The notes below the pieces were generated by a model. The model was not told the origin of the DNA and searched no databases. It was given only the letters and a program-made list of their open reading frames with translations. 28,767 bases of DNA, taken from NCBI RefSeq assembly GCF_004010195.1, contig NW_025215365.1:106362-135128 (forward strand), given 5' to 3'. Positions 23,507 through 28,767 of the stretch are shown here, one piece after another. The first letter of the stretch is position 1; the number at the start of each line of letters is the position of its first letter. A program made the translations under genes and the position numbers. Origin of the DNA: Chiloscyllium plagiosum. Taxonomy: Eukaryota.

Positions 23507-24338
23507 AGAAAAAAAGTCATACAGACATAGAGATGTACAGCACGGTAATAGACCGTTCGGTCCAACACGTCCATGCCGACCAGATATCCTGTATAAGTCT
23601 ACACACATTTGCCAGCATTTGGCCCATATCCCTCCAAACCCTTCCTATTCATAGACCCATCCAAATGCCTTTGAAATGCTGTAATTGTACCAGCCTCCAC
23701 CACTTCCTCTGGCAGCTCATTCCATACACGCACCACCCTCTGTGTGAAAAAGTTGCCCGTTAGGTCCTTTTTAAATCTTGCCCCTCTCACCTTAAGCCTA
23801 TGTCCTCCAGTTCTGGACTCTCCCACCCCAGGGAAAAGACCTTGTCTATTTGTCCTATCTATGCCCCACATGATTTTTTAAACCTCTACAAGGTCACCCC
23901 TCAGCCTCCGATGCTCCAGGGAAAACAGCCCCAGTCTATTCAGCCGCGACTTATAGCTCAAATCCTCTAACCCTGGCAACATCCTCATCAAGTTTTCCTG
24001 AACCCTTTCAAGTTTCACAACACCCTTCCTATAGCAGGGAGACCAGGACTGAATGCAGCATTCCAACAGAGGCCGAACCAATGTCCTGTACAGTTGCAAA
24101 ATGATCTCCCAGCGCCTATACTCAATACTCTGACCAATAAAGGAAAGCATACCAAACGCCTTCTTCACTATCCTATCTACCTGCGACTCCACTTTCAAGG
24201 AGCTATGAACCTGCACTCCAAGGTCTCTTTGTTCTGCCATATTCCCCAGGACCTTGCCATTAAGTATATAAGTCCTACCCTGAGTTGTCTTTCCAAACTG
24301 CAGCACCGCATGTTTATTTAAATTAAACTCCATCTCTT
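23507..24338 (-). mobile_element. 5'-truncated CR1/HER1-type LINE with a probable 8-bp TSD
   Basis: Encodes EMEFNLNK...RDLGVQVHSSLKVESQVDRIVKKAFGML...RRLRGDLVEV. GTATATGC occurs at 23499-23506 and 24339-24346. Confidence 0.92.
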
Positions 24339-24398
24339 GTATATGCGTGTGCTTTTGGATGTATGTACGTGTGTCTGTGCAGGACTGTGTAAGTGCAT

Positions 24399-25160
24399 AT
24401 AGAGTCATAGAGATGTACAGCATGGAAACAGACCCTTCGGTCCAACCCGTCCATGCCGACCAGATATCCCAACCCAAGCTAGTCCCACCTGCCAGCACCC
24501 AGCCCATATCCCTCCAAACCCTTCCTATTCATATACCCATCCAAATGCCTCTTAAATGTTGCAATTGTACCAGCCTCCACCACATCCTCTGGCAGCTCAT
24601 TCCATACATGTACCACCCTCTGCATGAAAACATTGCCCCTTAGGTTTCTTTTAAATCTTTCCCCTCTCATCCTAAACCTATGCCCTCTNNNNNNNNNNNN
24701 NNNNNNNNNNNNNNNNNNNNNNNNNNNNNNNNNNNNNNNNNNNNNNNNNNNNNNNNNNNNNNNNNNNNNNNNNNNNNNNNNNNNNNNNNNNNNNNNNNNN
24801 NNNNNNNNNNNNNNNNNNNNNNNNNNNNNNNNNNNNNNNNNNNNNNNNNNNNNNNNNNNNNNNNNNNNNNNNNNNNNNNNNNNNNNNNNNNNNNNNNNNN
24901 NNNNNNNNNNNNNNNNNNNNNNNNNNNNNNNNNNNNNNNNNNNNNNNNNNNNNNNNNNTAAACCTCTATAAGGTCACCCCTCAGCCTCCGATGCTCCAGG
25001 GAAAACAGCCCCAGCCTGTTCAGCCTCTCCCTGTAGCTCAGATCCTCCAACCCTGGCAACATCCTGGTAAATCCTTTCTGAACCCTTTCAAGTTTCACAA
25101 CATCTTTCCGATAGGAAGGAGACCAGAATTGCATGCAATATTCCAACAGTGGCCTCGTTC
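24399..25160 (-). mobile_element. 5'-truncated CR1/HER1-type LINE spanning an assembly gap
   Basis: Family 3' end at 24399, and [13 protein letters not shown]...[10 protein letters not shown] beyond the gap. Confidence 0.9.
24689..24958. other. Assembly gap (270 N)
   Basis: Run of N. Confidence 1.
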
Positions 25161-25479
25161 CAATCACTACAATGCTAACCAAATGGGTTTGCGGTTCTAC
25201 CTAATGACAAGAGCACGGAAAAAAGATGACGATCTGATAACTGTGAACAAGAGGGGAGAGTGGGAACAGGGAGAGAGGAGGACTGACACTAACGAGTGGT
25301 ACTGACAAAGGTTGGCATGAAGTCTGACCGAGTTCATGTACGTTAATGATTGACCATTCGTCAGAGAAAGCTACCGCAGACCAGTGGCTGGCAGTGGACT
25401 GGGATACCGAGGGATCAGTGAATAACAGATAACCTCAGGACTGAGTGTAACGCTCTCTCTCAATGCTTCCTAATGCACA

Positions 25480-25775
25480 CCAGGTAACCAGCACCTCATT
25501 TTCAGTTTAGGAACTCTACAGCCTGCAGGGTGCAACACTGGTTCCGTTTTGATAATTCCCACCATCCACCCACCACCGTACCCTCTCACGAGTGTCTCTA
25601 TCAAGTCATGCTTTTGTTTACAGGCGGTTTACCTTTATTCCACTATTAACACCCATCCCGGACCAAAGATTCGTTCCCTCCCATACCAATCCCTTTGCCC
25701 TTTGTAAATCTCAGGAGTTTTCCGCCGCTCCCCCCTTCAGTTCTGAAGTAGTCAGGTCAGAAAGGAAACGTGAAT
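25480..25775 (+). mobile_element. Decayed Penelope-like element 3' remnant
   Basis: cagcacctcattttcagtttaggaactctacagcctgcaggg encodes QHLIFSLGTLQPAG, like the PLE GIY-YIG C-terminal QHLIFRLGTLQP.GLN motif. It ends in a degenerate ctgaagta...gaaacgt at ~25743-25770. Confidence 0.6.
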
Positions 25776-25779
25776 GATG

Positions 25780-26131
25780 GATGAGGGAATTCAGCGTGAC
25801 ATCTCCACGTTTGCAGATGACACAAAATTGGGTGGGAGGATGGGCTGTTAAGGAAGATGCAGAGATGCTTCAGTGTGATTTGGACACATTGAGAGACCGT
25901 CAGCTGAAGTGTAATGTGGATAAGTGTGAGGTTACCCAGTTTAGGAGCAAAAACAGGAAAATGGATTATTTTTTGACCGGCAATAAATTAGGAATGTGAA
26001 GGTGCAACGAGACTTGGGTGCCCCTGTACACCACTCGGTGAAAATAAGTGTGCAGGACCAGCGGGCAGTGAAGAAGGTAAATGGTATGTTGGTCTTCATA
26101 GGGAGAGGATTCAAATACAGGAGCAGGGATA
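25780..26131 (+). mobile_element. CR1 LINE RT fragment
   Basis: tccacgtttgcagatgacacaaaattgggt encodes STFADDTKLG (catalytic ADD motif), followed by LQCDLD...CNVDKCEV. Confidence 0.85.
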
Positions 26132-26975
26132 GTGTCATAGAGTCATAGATTCACACAGCATGGAAACAGACCCTTCGGTCCAACTAGTCTATGCCGGCCA
26201 TGTTCCCAAACGAAACTAGTCCCGATGGCCGCATTCGGCTGACATCTCTCCAAACCTTTCCTATTAATGTACTTACCAAATGTCTTTTAAACATTGCAAC
26301 TGTACCCACGTCCACCACTTCCTCTGGAAGGTCATTCCGCATGCAAACCACTCTCTGTATAAAGAAGTTGGCCCCTCATGTCCTTTTGAAATGTTTTTTC
26401 CTCTCACCTTCAAAATATGCCCCCTAGTTTTGAACAACCCCTCCCCCCCCGTTACTCACCTGACTTATGCCTCTTATGATTTTCTAAACCTCTATATTAC
26501 CCCTCAACCTCCTACACTCCAGTGTTAGAAGTCGCAGCCTACCCAACCTCTCCCCATAACTCAAACTCTCCATTCCCAGCAACATCCTGGTAAAATCTCT
26601 TCTAAACCCTCCCCAGCTTAATAATATCCTTCCTGTAACAAGGAGACCAGAACTGGGCATGGTACTCCAGAACAGACCTCACCGATGTCCTGTACAACCT
26701 CAATGTGACGTCCCAACCTGTGTACTCAAAGGACTGAGCAATGGAAGAAACACCTTCTTAACCATTCTGTCTACCTGCAACGCAAATTTTAGAGAATTAT
26801 ATCCCTGAATCCCTCAGTCTCTCTGTTCTACAACATTACTCAGGGCCCTACCATTAATTGTATAAGTCCTGCCCTTGTCTGTGCTATCAAAATGCAATAC
26901 TTCACGTTTGTCCAAATTAAACTCCATTTGCCACTAGTCAATCCATTGACCCAATTGATTAACATCACTTTATAG
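26131..26975 (-). mobile_element. Degenerate CR1/HER1-type LINE 3' fragment
   Basis: Terminus gtcatagagtcatagattcacacagcatggaaacagaccc; the body parallels 23507-24338. Confidence 0.85.
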
Positions 26976-27492
26976 CAACAGAGACACGGAGGAGCAGTCA
27001 GGAAGGCAGATTTTGTGTAGAAGTAGCAGGATTGATGTCACGGGTGACTTTAACGTCCCTAATATTGATTGGAACCTCCTTGGTTCAAGTAGTTTGGATG
27101 GAGCAGTTTTTGTCAGGTGTGTCCAGGAAGGGTTCCTGACTCAATATGTAGGTAGGCCAACAAGAGGGGAGGCCATATTGGATTTGGCGCGTGGCAACGA
27201 ACCGTGCCAAGTGTCAGATCTCTCGATGGGAGAGCATTTAACTGGGAGAAGGGCAATTACAATGCAAATAGGCAGGAACTGGGGCACCTAACTTGGGAAC
27301 AGATGTCCTCAGGGAAATGCACGACAGAAATCTGGAGGTTGTTTTGGAGGCACCTGCTGGTAGCGCTGGACAGGTTTGTCCCACTGAGGCATGGAAGGGA
27401 TGGTGGGGTGAAGGAACCTTGGGTGACAAGGGATGAGGAACATCTAGTCAAGAGGAAGAAGGAAGCTAACTTAAGGTGGAGGAGGCATGGAT

Positions 27493-28570
27493 CAAAGAGC
27501 AAAGAAAATTACAGCACAGGAACAGGCCGTTCGGCCCTCCAAACCTGCACTGAGTCAGTTCCTCTATCTAAATCTGCTGCCTATTTTCTAAGGGTCTGTA
27601 TCCCTTTGCTCCCTGCCTACTTATGTACCTGTCTAGATATATCATAAATGATGCTATCGTGCCCGCCCCAACACTTCCCTGGCACCCACCACCCTCTGCG
27701 TAAAGAATTTTCCGTGCATATCTCCCTGCAACTTTTCCCTCTCTCACTTTGTAATTGAATTAAAATCCCTACAGTGTGGAAACAGGCCCTTCGACCCAAC
27801 AAGTCACACCGACTCTCCAGAGAGTAACCCCACCCAGATCCATTCCCTCTACCATATATTTACCCCTTACTAATAACCTACACTCTGCGTAATGTAGCAT
27901 GACTAATCTACCTGACCTGCACATCTTTTGGACTGTGGGAGGAAACCGGAGCACCCAGAGGAAACCCACGCAGACACGGGGAGAATGTGCAAACTCCACA
28001 CAGACAGTCACCTGCGGCTGGTATTGAACCCGGGTCTCTGGCGCTGTGAGGCTGCACTGCTAACCGCTGAGCCACCGTGCCACCCACTTTGATCTCATGA
28101 CCCCTAGTAATTGAGTCCCCCACTCTGGGAAAAAGCTTCTTGCTGTCCACCTTGTCTGTACCTCTCATGATTTTGTAGACCTCAATCAGGTTCCCTCTCA
28201 ACCTTCGTCTTTCGCATGAAAATAATCCTAATCTATTCAACCTCTCTTCATAGCTAATGCCCTCCATATCAGGCAACATCCTGCTGAGCCTCCTCTGCAC
28301 CCTCTCCAAAGCATCCACATCCTTCTGGTAATGTGGCGACCAGAACTGTACCCAGAATTCCAAATGTGGCCGAACCAAAGTCCTATACAACTGTAACATG
28401 ACCTGCCAACTCTTGTACTCAATACCCTGTCCGATGAAGGAAAGCATGCCGTATGCCTTCTTGACCACCCTATTGATCTGCATTGCCACCTTCAGCATAC
28501 AATGGATCCGAACATCCAGATCCCTCTGTACATCAATTTTCCCCCCGGGCTTTTCCATTTATGGTGTAGT
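27493..28570 (-). mobile_element. CR1-type LINE 3' part nested in the plus-strand CR1
   Basis: Encodes QRDLDVRIH...KKAYGML...RPHLEFWVQFWSPH...RRLRGNLIEVYKIMRG. Its 3' end with a caaaga-type tail is at 27493. Confidence 0.9.
27752..28084 (-). mobile_element. Full-length HE1-type SINE with 7-bp TSD
   Basis: tRNA head, central domain and tail are all present. CACTTTG flanks it at 27745-27751 and 28085-28091. Confidence 0.92.
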
Positions 28571-28767
28571 TCACTATATACAAGGCAGCAGACAGGGCAG
28601 TAGAGGGTTCCAAGGCAGCGAGGAAGGAACTGACGAATGGACTTAGGAGAGCTAGAAGGGGGCATGAGAAAGCTTTAGCGGGTAGGATTAAGGAAAACCC
28701 TAAGGCATTCTACTCTTACGTGAGGAACAGGAGGATGGCCAGAGTGAGGGGAAGGACGATCAAGGAT

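Larger units (their letters stand above)
26976..28767 (+). mobile_element. CR1 LINE ORF2 N-terminal part (AP endonuclease and linker; 26976-27493 plus ~28585-28767), interrupted by nested elements
   Basis: VTGDFNVPNIDW...FLTQYVGRPTRGEAILDL (APE motifs), then EPWVTRD..HLVKRKKEA. It resumes after the inserts as LRRARRGHEKALAGRIKENPKAFYSYVRNRR. Confidence 0.85.

Noticed and set aside
23878..28558. Functional reverse-transcriptase genes
   Set aside because: All LINE ORFs are truncated, frameshifted or chimeric fragments; there is no intact ORF2.

Overview
Vertebrate genomic DNA, very probably an elasmobranch (shark): it is dense with HE1-type tRNA-derived SINEs and CR1/HER1-type LINE fragments that share a 3' tail. 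The only host coding sequence I can support is three internal minus-strand exons of a PBX (TALE-class homeobox) gene, most PBX1-like: 17376-17566 (191 nt, PBC-B), 9845-9980 (136 nt, homeodomain helices 1-2 with PYP) and 3413-3572 (160 nt, helix 3 plus C-terminal tail). All have AG/GT boundaries and compatible phases. The rest appears intronic: nested LINEs and SINEs, microsatellites, a 270-N gap and several Penelope-like remnants carrying minimal hammerhead-ribozyme motifs. The most notable observations are: (1) a 90-bp duplicate of the exon-4 acceptor region fused to a SINE 5' end, with its AG changed to CG; (2) hammerhead motifs that look intact only antisense to PBX, while all three PBX-sense copies are mutated or deleted; (3) long inverted repeats inside the PBX pre-mRNA. 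I see no strong evidence for a wholly new system. Exon numbering follows recalled human PBX1 structure, and repeat boundaries are by-eye estimates.
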